The notes below the pieces were generated by a model, which worked only from the letters and a program-made list of their open reading frames with translations, made no database searches and was not told the origin of the DNA. This document shows, in pieces, positions 36,501-45,474 of a stretch of DNA of 64,000 nucleotides (the stretch's first letter is position 1; each line of letters starts with the position of its first letter). The DNA is taken from positions 47,440 to 111,439 of the forward strand of contig LS999830.1 in assembly GCA_900537185.1 (NCBI GenBank), in the 5' to 3' direction. The position numbers and the translations under genes were made by a program. This stretch comes from Cytophagales bacterium Alg240-R148. Lineage in GTDB: Bacteria > Bacteroidota > Bacteroidia > Cytophagales > Cyclobacteriaceae.

Positions 36501-38420
36501 TGGAAAACCATTGCTGGAACAGAAGAGAAACAAGTGTTGAACCAACAACTAAAAGGAGCAGGGCTGATTTTAAAAGTATTTCCGGAAAGCGATGAGTTTG
36601 ACGAAATTATAGAAAGCATCCAAAAAAGCATTGAAAATTTTGTTCAAGACGCAGGCATTTTTAGCAAAGAGCTTAGCGAAGAGGCAGCAGAATATTTATT
36701 CTTAGAAATTTCTAGAGGAGATAAGTTTGTTATAGATAAAGTGGCAGACGACTTTCTTGGTGGGTTCAACCAGTACCTTAAAGAAGCTAAAGCAAAGAAG
36801 ATGTATGAAGAATCCTTAAAAGGATTAGAAGGGCCTGTTCTGCGGTTCCACCAAATAAAAAACTGGGTCAGTGCGTATTTTAAATTGCATGGTACCACAC
36901 AATGGCAGTCGTATATTGAAGAAACATCTGTTTTGCTTTTAACCAGTGATTACATCAGTTCGCAAGTAGTACACGTTTCTCTGTTTAATGAATTGGAAGG
37001 GTTAAAAGGAGACCATACCATACTTGAGGATTCTAAATACAAGCTTGATTTTAATGGCTTTGTACAAAAGCTTACACACTACGATAAGGTAGTGAAGCCA
37101 CAGTTCGAAGCGTTTCAAGAATTGAAAAAAGAATTGACCCATGGGTATACCGAATCTTTGAGGCTAAACGAATTCAAACCTAGGGTGATGGCTTCTTTTG
37201 TTAGAAACAAACTCATAGACGAAGTGTATTTACCTATGATCGGAGCCAATTTAGCCAAACAAATAGGTGCGGCAGGAGACCAAAAGAGAACAGACTTAAT
37301 GGGACTTTTGTTATTGATATCTCCTCCTGGTTATGGTAAAACAACATTAATGGAATATTTAGCCAATCGATTGGGTATAATATTCATGAAAATAAATGGT
37401 CCAGCATTGGGCCACGACGTGGTGGCAATCGATCCGGCTCAAGCACCCAATGCAGGAGCCAAAGAAGAGCTGAATAAACTGAATCTTGCTTTTGAAATGG
37501 GAGACAATGTGATGATTTATTTGGATGACATCCAGCACTGTAACCCAGAGTTTTTACAAAAGTTCATATCGCTTTGCGATGCCCAGCGGAAAATTGAAGG
37601 AGTCTATAAGGGCAAGAGCAAAACCTATGATTTTAGAGGTAAAAAGGTGTGTGTGGTGATGGCAGGTAACCCTTATACTGAAAGTGGGGATAAATTTAGA
37701 ATTCCGGATATGTTGACCAACAGGGCCGATATATACAATTTAGGAGATATAGTAGGAGGCTCAGACCTTGCATTTAATCAAAGTTATGTTGAGAATTGTC
37801 TGACCTCCAATACTGTTTTGGCAAAATTGGCAGGCAAAAGTCAGAAAGATGTGCACGCAATGATCAAAATAGCAGAAACAGGCAGTAGGGAAGGTGTTGA
37901 TTTTGAGGTTAACCACAGTGCGGAAGAAGTTAAAGAATACATCAATGTATTAGAAAAACTGTTAAAAGTAAGAGATGTTATTTTAAAAGTGAACCAAGCC
38001 TATATATTGTCAGCTGGCCAATCCGATGCATACAGAACCGAACCTGCATTTAAATTGCAAGGCTCATACCGCGACATGAATAAAATAGCAGAAAAGATCG
38101 TTCCAGTAATGAACGAAGAAGAGTTGCAACATTTGATAGACAACCATTATAAGAGCGAATCACAGACTTTAACAAGCAATGCGGAGGCCAATTTGCTCAA
38201 ATTTAAGGAGATGATTGGTACGATGACTGCAACTGAAAAGGACCGTTGGGACGAAATTGTAACTGCCTTTATGAAGCAACAAAAAATGGCAGGATATGGC
38301 GAAAACAACCAGGTAGGTTTGGTGGTAGATCAAATGGCTGGTATTTCTAAGAACCTCAATGGCATCCGGGAAGAAATGTTGCTTTTAAATTTAACGCAAA
38401 AGAACAAACACGATGAGTGA
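33504..38420 (+). CDS. giant (1638 aa) protein. It has an N-terminal beta-rich region, a central helical/coiled-coil region and one C-terminal AAA+ ATPase domain.
   Basis: Walker A 'LLLISPPGYGKTTLMEYLANRLGI' (nt 37324-37346). Walker B 'NVMIYLDDIQHCNPEF' (nt 37512-37530). The spacing after the P-loop ('G.DVVAIDP...AGAKEEL') is reminiscent of Lon/HCLR-clade AAA+. No protease domain was seen. Confidence 0.7.
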   Translation: MSEDQSTHKDQHLEGGTYEVLQTRLQASSQKLRDQLNLLNDDRKKVFGSIETALSGTERVTTEHNCIPWDMVPIGKQFIFGYNVHIGLKTETTVEDVFSVYRYEDHVFHKESMDLVNNATFYEDFQKLYKYYKNTHFVRFAERGNNLFMVFRIGKDVADIKTFKWEVQGSKLVYKGNRSDHEFEYPAQFDFEWKKCTRENYREGRFSHISIENKVFVETLGGDLTIKIEDNTDSGKGIYSEPVDHKDQTLDDAEVYYSVLGNVILLKIRPYQELPRFFVFNSKLGEAKRIDELKDSCILLPDDHGIIFTNGYYLQTGEFKKFENDLESMMFEKRIAAPNGEDYLYIFYNRLSGTYLLLHYNLIAQKAENPTICHGYSIFENGEMCLFRADEEQKKHHAIQIWQTPYTGADYQADTSHDSYLFKIGNKDIVRAMAECHEILTLIGKEDSYANLYLDLIKQAQDILDSYHWLAKKEVHQVNIPLVEIKDTAELAVEEFEKVIKIKQNTSQKIATVSEMAETLIKNIKKTRAKSINDYVLNLAELRKVRGEVISLKELRYTDFELIEQYERQLKEFNDTTSQKCVSFLLKEEALQPYAEKVEELNQNIEAVAKVIDADKTEENINQVAGELEMLIDIVGNLDIEDATQTTKIIDNISEIYAHFNQLRAALKKKRKELLGVEGKAAFNAQMKLVDQGIINYLDVCDTPEKCDEFLTKLMVQLEELEAKFSEFDEYIEKISVKREDIYNAFENKKLNLVEAKNKRANNLLEAANRIIKAIQSRLSRFTTVKEINGYFAADVMIEKARSIISELEEMGDTVKSEDIRSRLKTAKEDAVRQLKDKSELYVEGANIIKFGKHQFTVNTQSLDLTIVNKGENMYFHLTGTNFFEPIQDEEFTSLRHVWDQQSVSENDEIYKAEYLVYQLYKAMEAKELEHTLDSLFNATEEEIQDLVSQFMSVRFNEGYVKGVHDYDAALLFRALINIVHSADLLRFSSRSRALAAMWWKTIAGTEEKQVLNQQLKGAGLILKVFPESDEFDEIIESIQKSIENFVQDAGIFSKELSEEAAEYLFLEISRGDKFVIDKVADDFLGGFNQYLKEAKAKKMYEESLKGLEGPVLRFHQIKNWVSAYFKLHGTTQWQSYIEETSVLLLTSDYISSQVVHVSLFNELEGLKGDHTILEDSKYKLDFNGFVQKLTHYDKVVKPQFEAFQELKKELTHGYTESLRLNEFKPRVMASFVRNKLIDEVYLPMIGANLAKQIGAAGDQKRTDLMGLLLLISPPGYGKTTLMEYLANRLGIIFMKINGPALGHDVVAIDPAQAPNAGAKEELNKLNLAFEMGDNVMIYLDDIQHCNPEFLQKFISLCDAQRKIEGVYKGKSKTYDFRGKKVCVVMAGNPYTESGDKFRIPDMLTNRADIYNLGDIVGGSDLAFNQSYVENCLTSNTVLAKLAGKSQKDVHAMIKIAETGSREGVDFEVNHSAEEVKEYINVLEKLLKVRDVILKVNQAYILSAGQSDAYRTEPAFKLQGSYRDMNKIAEKIVPVMNEEELQHLIDNHYKSESQTLTSNAEANLLKFKEMIGTMTATEKDRWDEIVTAFMKQQKMAGYGENNQVGLVVDQMAGISKNLNGIREEMLLLNLTQKNKHDE

Positions 38421-38556
38421 TGTTGTAAAAATTGGGTTGTTGCTGGTGCTCTTAATTCTGGTGTTCAACTTTGTGTTCAAACTGGTGTTTAAAATTGGTC
38501 TGATCGTACTAATTGTATTAGGAATACTATATTTATTGAAGAAGGTAGCTAATTAA
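38413..38556 (+). CDS. unannotated 47-aa hydrophobic (two-TM) peptide. It overlaps the ATPase stop by 8 nt and ends 3 nt before the next gene.
   Basis: Translates to MSDVVKIGLLLVLLILVFNFVFKLVFKIGLIVLIVLGILYLLKKVAN. It is tightly packed between two genes with no room for a promoter or terminator. It falls below the ORF-track length cutoff. Confidence 0.35.
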   Translation: MSDVVKIGLLLVLLILVFNFVFKLVFKIGLIVLIVLGILYLLKKVAN

Positions 38557-38559
38557 TAA

Positions 38560-40131
38560 ATGAGGTACGTAGTTGGTTTTGTAATAGTGGTTTTCTGTTT
38601 AATAAATGCTGTATTTGCACAAGATATAGATAAAGATCCAATGTCATTTTGGAATTCAAAGCAAATTTTATTGGATAAGGGGCAATACGTGCAAAACCAA
38701 GATCTAATTGAAATTAGAAAGTTGCAGGACGAATTGAACAACAAATATAAAATTGACTTTCGTTTTATTGTTTCCTCTAAATGGAGTAGTGAAGTTAAAA
38801 AGGAACACAAAAAGTATATGGCCAAAAAAACGCTGGATAGAAGCAAAGTATATATGTTGGCCGTTGTTAGTATGGAGGAGGGACTTGTAGAATTGTACTG
38901 TTCCAATATTAATAAAGTGAACTTATTAGGTCCAGTAAATAGAATGTCACGCAGTTTTATAGAGGAGAATCTTAAAAAAGAACATAGTGCTTCTCTTGGA
39001 AAAGGCATTATATGGTTCCTATCTGCATTGGTTAAAAGCGGTAATTTGGATGCGGAATTTAATAAAAAAGAAGAAGCACTGTATGAGGAATACCTTAAAG
39101 GATATGATTTGTATAGATATTTCTATTTCTTTTGTTTGTTTTTTATCATTTGGCATAATAGGGGCTTAATTCTGCATTTTAAACACTATGGTTACAAGAT
39201 CGATGCCTACCCTTTAACTAGGTTGCCTGTTTTTTTTAGGAATTTTTTATGGTTAATCAATACTATTATAATTTATTGGGTTGCGTATAATAATGGCTAT
39301 TTTTACAACAATTTCGAACTTGCAATTGTAATTTTTTTGTTTGTCTCGGTTCCAGTTTATTATTTTAATATTACTTTTCTTTGTTTTATAACAGATCTGA
39401 TAGTTGTTTCAAGACAACCATTAAAACGGGATATTTCTAAAAACCTGTATCCTGCGGAGGTAAAACTGCTAATTAACCACAAAACCCCTGCCATAGAGAT
39501 GTTGGAGGCTCAGTTTTTTGAGTTGGTTTTAAACAACATATTGGTAATTGAGCCGCATGAAAAGTTGTACAAGAACGGAACTTGCAAACGCTATTTCTTG
39601 GTATGTCGGGGAGAAGAATTTGAAAACCACCCGAGTACTAAAATAGAAGAACCTTTTGTGTCGATTTTAAGAAATTTGGAACCAGGTGAGGGGATTTATT
39701 TCACCCACTACATCAACGCCGTTTTTAAAAATATACGAAGTTTAAAAACTTTTAAATACAACTTTGTGGCTAAGTCATTGGTTGAAAAGGGGTATATCAA
39801 CCCTTATCTATGGGCTTTTGGTATAATAAAAGTGAAAAATAAAGCACTTGCCTTTAAAAAAGACTACAAGCAGGTCAAAACTGAAGTAGGACTGAAAATT
39901 GAGAAGTCTTTGGAATCGGTTGTTAAGAATGCTTCAATACTAATAATTCTAGATAGTTTTACGAGTAGAATAAACCAAGCAAAAATAACAAATGCTGTAA
40001 CAATAGAAGGGGATCGGAGTAGCTTAAAATATCTAATCAATACAAATTTTGATTTTGAATCCATTGCTGCATTGTTTAAAAATACAGGGCCTGGGGAGTT
40101 CAAAGCTAATAAATGGCCAGGTACCTATTAA
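38560..40131 (+). CDS. membrane protein with an N-terminal secreted TPM-like domain, a multi-TM core and a C-terminal cytoplasmic domain
   Basis: Signal peptide. The N-terminal about 170 aa are TPM-like ('DFRFIVSSKW...'), followed by Phe/Tyr-rich TM helices. 523 aa. Confidence 0.4.
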   Translation: MRYVVGFVIVVFCLINAVFAQDIDKDPMSFWNSKQILLDKGQYVQNQDLIEIRKLQDELNNKYKIDFRFIVSSKWSSEVKKEHKKYMAKKTLDRSKVYMLAVVSMEEGLVELYCSNINKVNLLGPVNRMSRSFIEENLKKEHSASLGKGIIWFLSALVKSGNLDAEFNKKEEALYEEYLKGYDLYRYFYFFCLFFIIWHNRGLILHFKHYGYKIDAYPLTRLPVFFRNFLWLINTIIIYWVAYNNGYFYNNFELAIVIFLFVSVPVYYFNITFLCFITDLIVVSRQPLKRDISKNLYPAEVKLLINHKTPAIEMLEAQFFELVLNNILVIEPHEKLYKNGTCKRYFLVCRGEEFENHPSTKIEEPFVSILRNLEPGEGIYFTHYINAVFKNIRSLKTFKYNFVAKSLVEKGYINPYLWAFGIIKVKNKALAFKKDYKQVKTEVGLKIEKSLESVVKNASILIILDSFTSRINQAKITNAVTIEGDRSSLKYLINTNFDFESIAALFKNTGPGEFKANKWPGTY

Positions 40132-40149
40132 AATTAATATAGGAAGAAA

Positions 40150-40854
40150 ATGAAAATACGGTTTAGTTTGTTTTTAATTTTAGCTTGTACATCTCTGCAT
40201 TTGCTGGGGCAAAAATTGGTGGTCGATCCACCGGCTTTAATACATGAAACAGATAAAAAGGAAATTAATGGAGCAATAAATCAAATTAGAGAGACCCATG
40301 GTATGGATGTGGCAATATGGGTTCGCGATTCTTTTGAAGTAGACATTAGTAATGAAAACAGGGAATTAATCAAAACCATATTGGATGTAAACCTGTATCT
40401 TAATGAAATGTTGGTGTTGGTAGACATGAGCAACAAACGTGCACAAGTATTAATCGGAAGACTCGACAGATTTGGATCCAAAGTTGATGTTTACCAATTA
40501 AATAGGAATTACCTATTATCCAACTTCCAAGAAACCAATTCTGTTTCAATGGGTAAAGCATTGTTCTGGATGTTAGAAGGGTTAGACAAAGAACTGAAGT
40601 TGGCCCAGTCTGTTGAAGCACAAATCATTGAGGAAGATTCTTCCTATGGCAGAGATTTTTGGAACTTTTTGTATCTTCTTCTCCCTTTTTTGCTGTTAAT
40701 TCTAGCTAGCAACTTTTACAGGTTGGCAACAAAAAATAAAGATGGTAATCGTTTAAACCTAAATTCGACTTATGGCATGAATACTTCCGTCAAAATAGCA
40801 TTGTGCATAACATTGTTATTTATTACTGGCTTTTTTGTTTTTATTTTGTTTTGA
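40150..40854 (+). CDS. TPM-domain (TLP18.3/Psb32/MOLO-1 family) protein with a C-terminal TM anchor
   Basis: Signal peptide. 'VVDPPALIHETDKKEINGAINQIRETHGMDVAIWV' resembles the TPM-domain N-terminus. C-terminal TM helices. Confidence 0.5.
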   Translation: MKIRFSLFLILACTSLHLLGQKLVVDPPALIHETDKKEINGAINQIRETHGMDVAIWVRDSFEVDISNENRELIKTILDVNLYLNEMLVLVDMSNKRAQVLIGRLDRFGSKVDVYQLNRNYLLSNFQETNSVSMGKALFWMLEGLDKELKLAQSVEAQIIEEDSSYGRDFWNFLYLLLPFLLLILASNFYRLATKNKDGNRLNLNSTYGMNTSVKIALCITLLFITGFFVFILF

Positions 40855-41088
40855 ACCTTGTGTATAGTACCCCAATTAGTTGTTTTTGGCTATTATGCCC
40901 TATTGGGTTGACTGTATATATTAAAAACAAACGATACAAAGGAAGTGCCGTTGGTGGTGCAAAAATTGTTGCAAATCCAAGGATTTCGGGATATGAATTG
41001 TGTGAAGTTCAATTTATGCAAATGCTAAAGGAAAATAAAGTTGGTTTATCATTGGTTTGAAAATAGATTAGGAGTGCACAAATACGAA

Positions 41089-41643
41089 ATGCGATTAACC
41101 AAAGGGGATAATTTTAGATTGGATGAAGAAGATTACCTGGAATATGTAATGCTGTCCTTTTTTAAGGATATTGAGGAAGAAGGAGTGGGCTATTATCCAG
41201 AACGATATTTTGAGCATTTACTTGAACATTTTGGAAGCTTTAAAACCTTTAAAAAACACTATGTTGGAGAATATGCAGTTACCCACGGTTGGATAAATAA
41301 AATATCTTGGTTGGCCAATTGGTATGTGGTAACGGACAAAGGAAAAGAACAACTCGGCGCTATAAAACTAAGGAAGAACAAAATGCAAAATTTGATGCAC
41401 AGGTTGAAAAATGAATCAAAATTTGAGGCTTTGAGAGAATTATCAGCGGATGTTGTGTTATTGGATGGATTTCATGGAAACGGTTGGTTCAATGATTTCG
41501 TTAAACTAATTAAAACGCATTCCTTGGATTGGATCAATGAAATAAACCTAGCAATGTTGTTCCAATATGAATTTCAATTTGCTTTTTTTGACGATTACTT
41601 TTATGACACTAGATTGGTTCTAGAATTAGAACCGGAGGAATAA
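41089..41643 (+). CDS. hypothetical cytoplasmic protein. An ATG start was chosen; the ORF track used an upstream TTG at 41041.
   Basis: Co-directional ORF of about 184 aa with no recognisable motif. Confidence 0.35.
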   Translation: MRLTKGDNFRLDEEDYLEYVMLSFFKDIEEEGVGYYPERYFEHLLEHFGSFKTFKKHYVGEYAVTHGWINKISWLANWYVVTDKGKEQLGAIKLRKNKMQNLMHRLKNESKFEALRELSADVVLLDGFHGNGWFNDFVKLIKTHSLDWINEINLAMLFQYEFQFAFFDDYFYDTRLVLELEPEE

Positions 41644-41659
41644 ATAAAAAAATAAGAAT

Positions 41660-42208
41660 ATGGGACTATTTGATTTTCTAAAGAAAAAAGAAACACCAAA
41701 GTACGATGTGACCAACTTGTCTATTAAAGACTTGGATCAAGGTTTTATCTTTGATTATGACATGAAATCATGGGTGGTCAAAGAAGTGTACCAATACGAT
41801 TGGGGAAACAACAATATTTCTAAGGAATTCTTAATTGATTCTGGAGAAGAGGTTGGTTTTTTGGGTATTGAAGATAAGGGAGAGCCATGGATAACTTTCA
41901 CAAAAACCATCAAAATTAGAGATTTAGGAACGGACATCATCGATAGAACGGTGGAAGCCAAAAGCCCTCCAAAAATTTTAGTCTACCAAGCAAAGGAATA
42001 CCATTTGCACAACGACAGTGCTGGTTATTTTAATGACATAACCAAAGGAACAGACGATTGGGAAGAGCTGATTGCATGGGAGTTGTACGACGATAATGAA
42101 GAAAATTTAATAGGTATAACCCAATGGGGAGAACGAGAATTTGATGCAGTGGCAGGAGTTGTAGTTAAGGAGTTTCAAATCTCCAATATAATTCCTGGTA
42201 CTGATTAA
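41660..42208 (+). CDS. DUF4178-like protein
   Basis: 182-aa soluble protein ('MGLFDFLKKK...DYDMKSWVVKEVYQYDWG...'). It sits in the DUF4178/DUF350/aminopropyltransferase neighbourhood that is recurrent across bacteria. The family call is by recall. Confidence 0.4.
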   Translation: MGLFDFLKKKETPKYDVTNLSIKDLDQGFIFDYDMKSWVVKEVYQYDWGNNNISKEFLIDSGEEVGFLGIEDKGEPWITFTKTIKIRDLGTDIIDRTVEAKSPPKILVYQAKEYHLHNDSAGYFNDITKGTDDWEELIAWELYDDNEENLIGITQWGEREFDAVAGVVVKEFQISNIIPGTD

Positions 42209-42260
42209 TATGATAACTTTAAATTAATGGTATATTTAGGTCAAATTTTACTCTAATAGG

Positions 42261-42983
42261 ATGAAACTTAATAAATTATTCGGTTTGCTGCTGCTTCTTT
42301 TGGTAGTATCAAGCTGTGGAGAAAAAAAATACGTTAAAAATAGAATGGATGTGTTGGTACGGGACATGCCCTCCGATAGGGTGTTTTCGATACTATTAAA
42401 TGACATGGACGTATCCGGAACATTTTTTCACGAATACCACCACCAATACAAAATCATTGAAGAAAAAACGCCAGGCAAACCAGAAGAGTATACAACTGCT
42501 TGGTTCGAAGTGGATAAAAATACTTTTAACCAACATGTCAACGACATGGGCATGGAATTGATGTCCAGGGGAGAAGATGGTAAATTGGTGAAGTCAGTAG
42601 GCCCTCCAGGATACAACAACTATGTTGGCAATGAAAAATATGGCCATTGGGAAAACAGAGGTGGACATTCATTTTGGGCTTTTTACGGTCAGTACGCTTT
42701 CATGAGCAGCATGTTCCATATGATGGCCTATCCAGTCAGAAGATCGTATTACAACGACTACAGAAGGTCTTATTACGGAACAGGACGTTCCTATTACGGT
42801 CCTTCTACCAATGGTAGAACTTACTACGGTACCAATAGCAATTATACTTCTTCTACTAGGCCGAACTCCAACTGGAGTAGGAATAGGTCTTCCTTTAAAA
42901 ATCGGGTTTCTGGAAGGACCTCTAGGTCCAGTTCTAGGTATGGAAGTTCTTCTAGGTCAAGAGGGGGCGGTTTTGGCAAATAA
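42261..42983 (+). CDS. lipoprotein with an R/S/Y/G-rich low-complexity C-terminal tail
   Basis: Lipobox VVSSCG. C-terminal 'RRSYYNDYRRSYYGTGRSYYGPSTNGRTYYG...SRSRGGGFGK'. Confidence 0.5.
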   Translation: MKLNKLFGLLLLLLVVSSCGEKKYVKNRMDVLVRDMPSDRVFSILLNDMDVSGTFFHEYHHQYKIIEEKTPGKPEEYTTAWFEVDKNTFNQHVNDMGMELMSRGEDGKLVKSVGPPGYNNYVGNEKYGHWENRGGHSFWAFYGQYAFMSSMFHMMAYPVRRSYYNDYRRSYYGTGRSYYGPSTNGRTYYGTNSNYTSSTRPNSNWSRNRSSFKNRVSGRTSRSSSRYGSSSRSRGGGFGK

Positions 42984-43004
42984 TAACCTTTAAAGATTAC
43001 ATTT

Positions 43005-43871
43005 ATGTTAGAAATTTTAGATGGTATCTTGGCCACGCTAAGTTATTTAGCGGCGTCATTTGTTCTTTTTTATATCGGAAAAATCGTTTATCAGTTGTTT
43101 CATCCAAGGGTTAAAGTGGCCTACGAGTTGGTTGAAAATGATAATTTTGCATTTTCTTATGCCTATGTTGGGTATTACGTTGGGTTGTTATTGGCCATTG
43201 GCAGTGCTACCATGGGAGAAAGCAGTGGCGATTTATTGCTGGATTTAATGGACATTGGTATTTATGGTGCCTTGGCCATATTGCTTTTAAATTTGTCTAT
43301 TAAAATTAATGACAAAGTAATTTTGAATAAATTCTCCTTAAAAACAGAGATTCTAGAACAAAGGAATATTGGCTCTGGTATTGCGGAAGGAGCAGTTTGT
43401 ATTGCAACGGGTTTAATAATATTGGGTGCCATCCATGGAGAAGGACATGGTGATGGAGGGCCAATTTTAAATGCTATAGCCTATTGGTTGTTGGGCCAGG
43501 TTATAATGTTTGTTACAGCTTGGGTGTATAATTTGATCACGCCATACGATATCCACGAACACATTGCCAAACAAAACATAGCGGTAGGAGTTGGATTTGC
43601 TGGCGCAATAATATCCATAGCAATTTTAATTTCCTATGCCTTGATGCACGATTTTGAAAGTTGGGTTGTTACCTTGGAAGACGTTGGGATTGATGTATCC
43701 ATAGGCTTGGTTTTTCTGCCGTTGGTGCGGTTCATGACCGATAAAATACTTTTGCCGGGCCAAAACTTAACAGATGAAATTGTCAACCAAGAAGTTCCCA
43801 ACGTGGGAGCCGCTTTGGTGGAAGCATTTGCCTATATTGGCGGAGCCATTTTAATTACTTGGGCGCTGTAA
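43005..43871 (+). CDS. membrane protein with four tandem DUF350 (YjfL-like) repeats
   Basis: Four repeats, each carrying the hallmark N-[IV/F]-A-x-[AG] motif in a TM hairpin: NDNFAFSYAYVG, RNIGSGIAEGAV, QNIAVGVGFAGA, PNVGAALVEAFA. Confidence 0.55.
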   Translation: MLEILDGILATLSYLAASFVLFYIGKIVYQLFHPRVKVAYELVENDNFAFSYAYVGYYVGLLLAIGSATMGESSGDLLLDLMDIGIYGALAILLLNLSIKINDKVILNKFSLKTEILEQRNIGSGIAEGAVCIATGLIILGAIHGEGHGDGGPILNAIAYWLLGQVIMFVTAWVYNLITPYDIHEHIAKQNIAVGVGFAGAIISIAILISYALMHDFESWVVTLEDVGIDVSIGLVFLPLVRFMTDKILLPGQNLTDEIVNQEVPNVGAALVEAFAYIGGAILITWAL

Positions 43872-43883
43872 CCAATAAGAATT

Positions 43884-45419
43884 TTGAAATCTAATGTGTT
43901 AAAATTAGCCCTGTTTGCAACAGGGCTTTCGGGCATTGTAGGAGAATACATACTTTCTACGCTTGCCACTTACTTTTTAGGAGACTCCGTATTCCAATGG
44001 ACTATGATTGTGTCCATTATGCTTTTTGCAATGGGCTTGGGCAGTAGGTTGTCTCAATACATTAAAACAGAATTGTTGGTGAAATTCATATACATTGAGT
44101 TTACACTTTCTATTTTAACTGCATTTGTTTCCGTTCTCACTTACCTTACTTCGGCTTATTACGGATACACTGGATTTGTTATTTATGGGTTGAGCATTAT
44201 AATTGGGTTGCTCATTGGTATGGAAATTCCATTGGTAGTGCGCTTGAACGATGAATTTGAAGACCTCAGAATCAATGTGTCTTCTGTAATGGAAAAAGAT
44301 TACTTTGGAAGTTTGTTGGGTGGGATATTCTTTGCGTTCGTAGGTTTGCCTTATCTCGGTCTTACTTATACTCCATTTATCTTAGGAAGTGTCAACTTTT
44401 TGGTAGCTACTGGTTTGTTTATAATGTTAAGGGGCAATTTACCAGCATCTTCAGGCAAACAATTGAATTTGGCACTGGTCGGTACTTTTCTATTGCTTTT
44501 GGGGGGTACAGTATTTGCGGAGCGCATCATCAGCTATGGAGAGACGGCTCGATACAAAGACAAAGTGGTATACGAAGAACAAAGCAAATACCAGAAAATA
44601 GTTATAACCAAATCGAAAGAAGATTTTTGGCTTTTTATAAATGGGAACCAACAACTTTCCTCAATAGATGAGATCATGTACCACGAACCCCTGGTGCATC
44701 CGGTGATGCAACTCTCTGACCATCCACAACATGTGTTGGTGATGGGGGGAGGCGATGGTGGTGCCGTAAGGGAGATATTAAAATATCAGTCCGTTGAGTC
44801 CATCACATTGGTCGATTTGGACCCTGCCATGACCGAGTTGGGTCAAAAACATGATTTGTTGGTAGCTATGAATCAAAATGCAATGAACCACCCAAAACTG
44901 ACCATCCACAACGTAGATGGGTTCAATTTTTTGGATGACAACCAACAATATTACGATGTAATTATAGTGGATTTACCGGATCCAAAATCAGTGGAACTAG
45001 GCCGGTTGTATTCGTACGAGTTTTACAAGCTGTGTTACCGACAGCTTCGCCCTAATGGCTTGCTAATAACCCAGGCCGGTAGTCCGTATTATGCAGCGAG
45101 GGCTTTCAATTGCATTGATGCAACCATGGAGGCCGCAGGCTTTTCTACAGCACCCATACACAACCAGGTAGTCACGTTAGGCGAATGGGGGTGGGTGATT
45201 GGAGCCAAAAGTAGCAGCAAAGAGAATTTAAAAAAACAATTGCAGCAATTGGAATTTAAGGAGATCGCTACCAAATGGATCAACCAAGAAGCCATGACTT
45301 TAATTACTAGTTTTGGAAAAAAAGTGTTTATAGAAGATGGTATGGAGGTGGAAATCAATAAAATTCACAACCCAGTGTTGTATCGTTATTATTTGAACGG
45401 AAAATGGGATTTGTATTGA
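43884..45419 (+). CDS. speE: membrane-fused polyamine aminopropyltransferase (spermidine/spermine synthase-like) with an N-terminal domain of about 7 TM
   Basis: C-terminal half 'HVLVMGGGDGGAVREILKY...ITLVDLDPAMTELG...YDVIIVDLPDP' matches the SpeE SAM-binding GGGDGG and proton-acceptor D motifs. The N-terminal 200 aa are polytopic membrane. Confidence 0.75.
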   Translation: MKSNVLKLALFATGLSGIVGEYILSTLATYFLGDSVFQWTMIVSIMLFAMGLGSRLSQYIKTELLVKFIYIEFTLSILTAFVSVLTYLTSAYYGYTGFVIYGLSIIIGLLIGMEIPLVVRLNDEFEDLRINVSSVMEKDYFGSLLGGIFFAFVGLPYLGLTYTPFILGSVNFLVATGLFIMLRGNLPASSGKQLNLALVGTFLLLLGGTVFAERIISYGETARYKDKVVYEEQSKYQKIVITKSKEDFWLFINGNQQLSSIDEIMYHEPLVHPVMQLSDHPQHVLVMGGGDGGAVREILKYQSVESITLVDLDPAMTELGQKHDLLVAMNQNAMNHPKLTIHNVDGFNFLDDNQQYYDVIIVDLPDPKSVELGRLYSYEFYKLCYRQLRPNGLLITQAGSPYYAARAFNCIDATMEAAGFSTAPIHNQVVTLGEWGWVIGAKSSSKENLKKQLQQLEFKEIATKWINQEAMTLITSFGKKVFIEDGMEVEINKIHNPVLYRYYLNGKWDLY

Positions 45420-45474
45420 AGCCACGGCAATTGTAACTTTTATAGAATACTTCAATAAAATAAAAATACGCTAC

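Noticed and set aside
40803-41060. 85-aa ORF spanning the gap between the TPM-domain gene and the next gene.
   Set aside because: It overlaps the TPM gene's 3' end in another frame, has odd composition, and has no coupling signals. It is more likely intergenic sequence.
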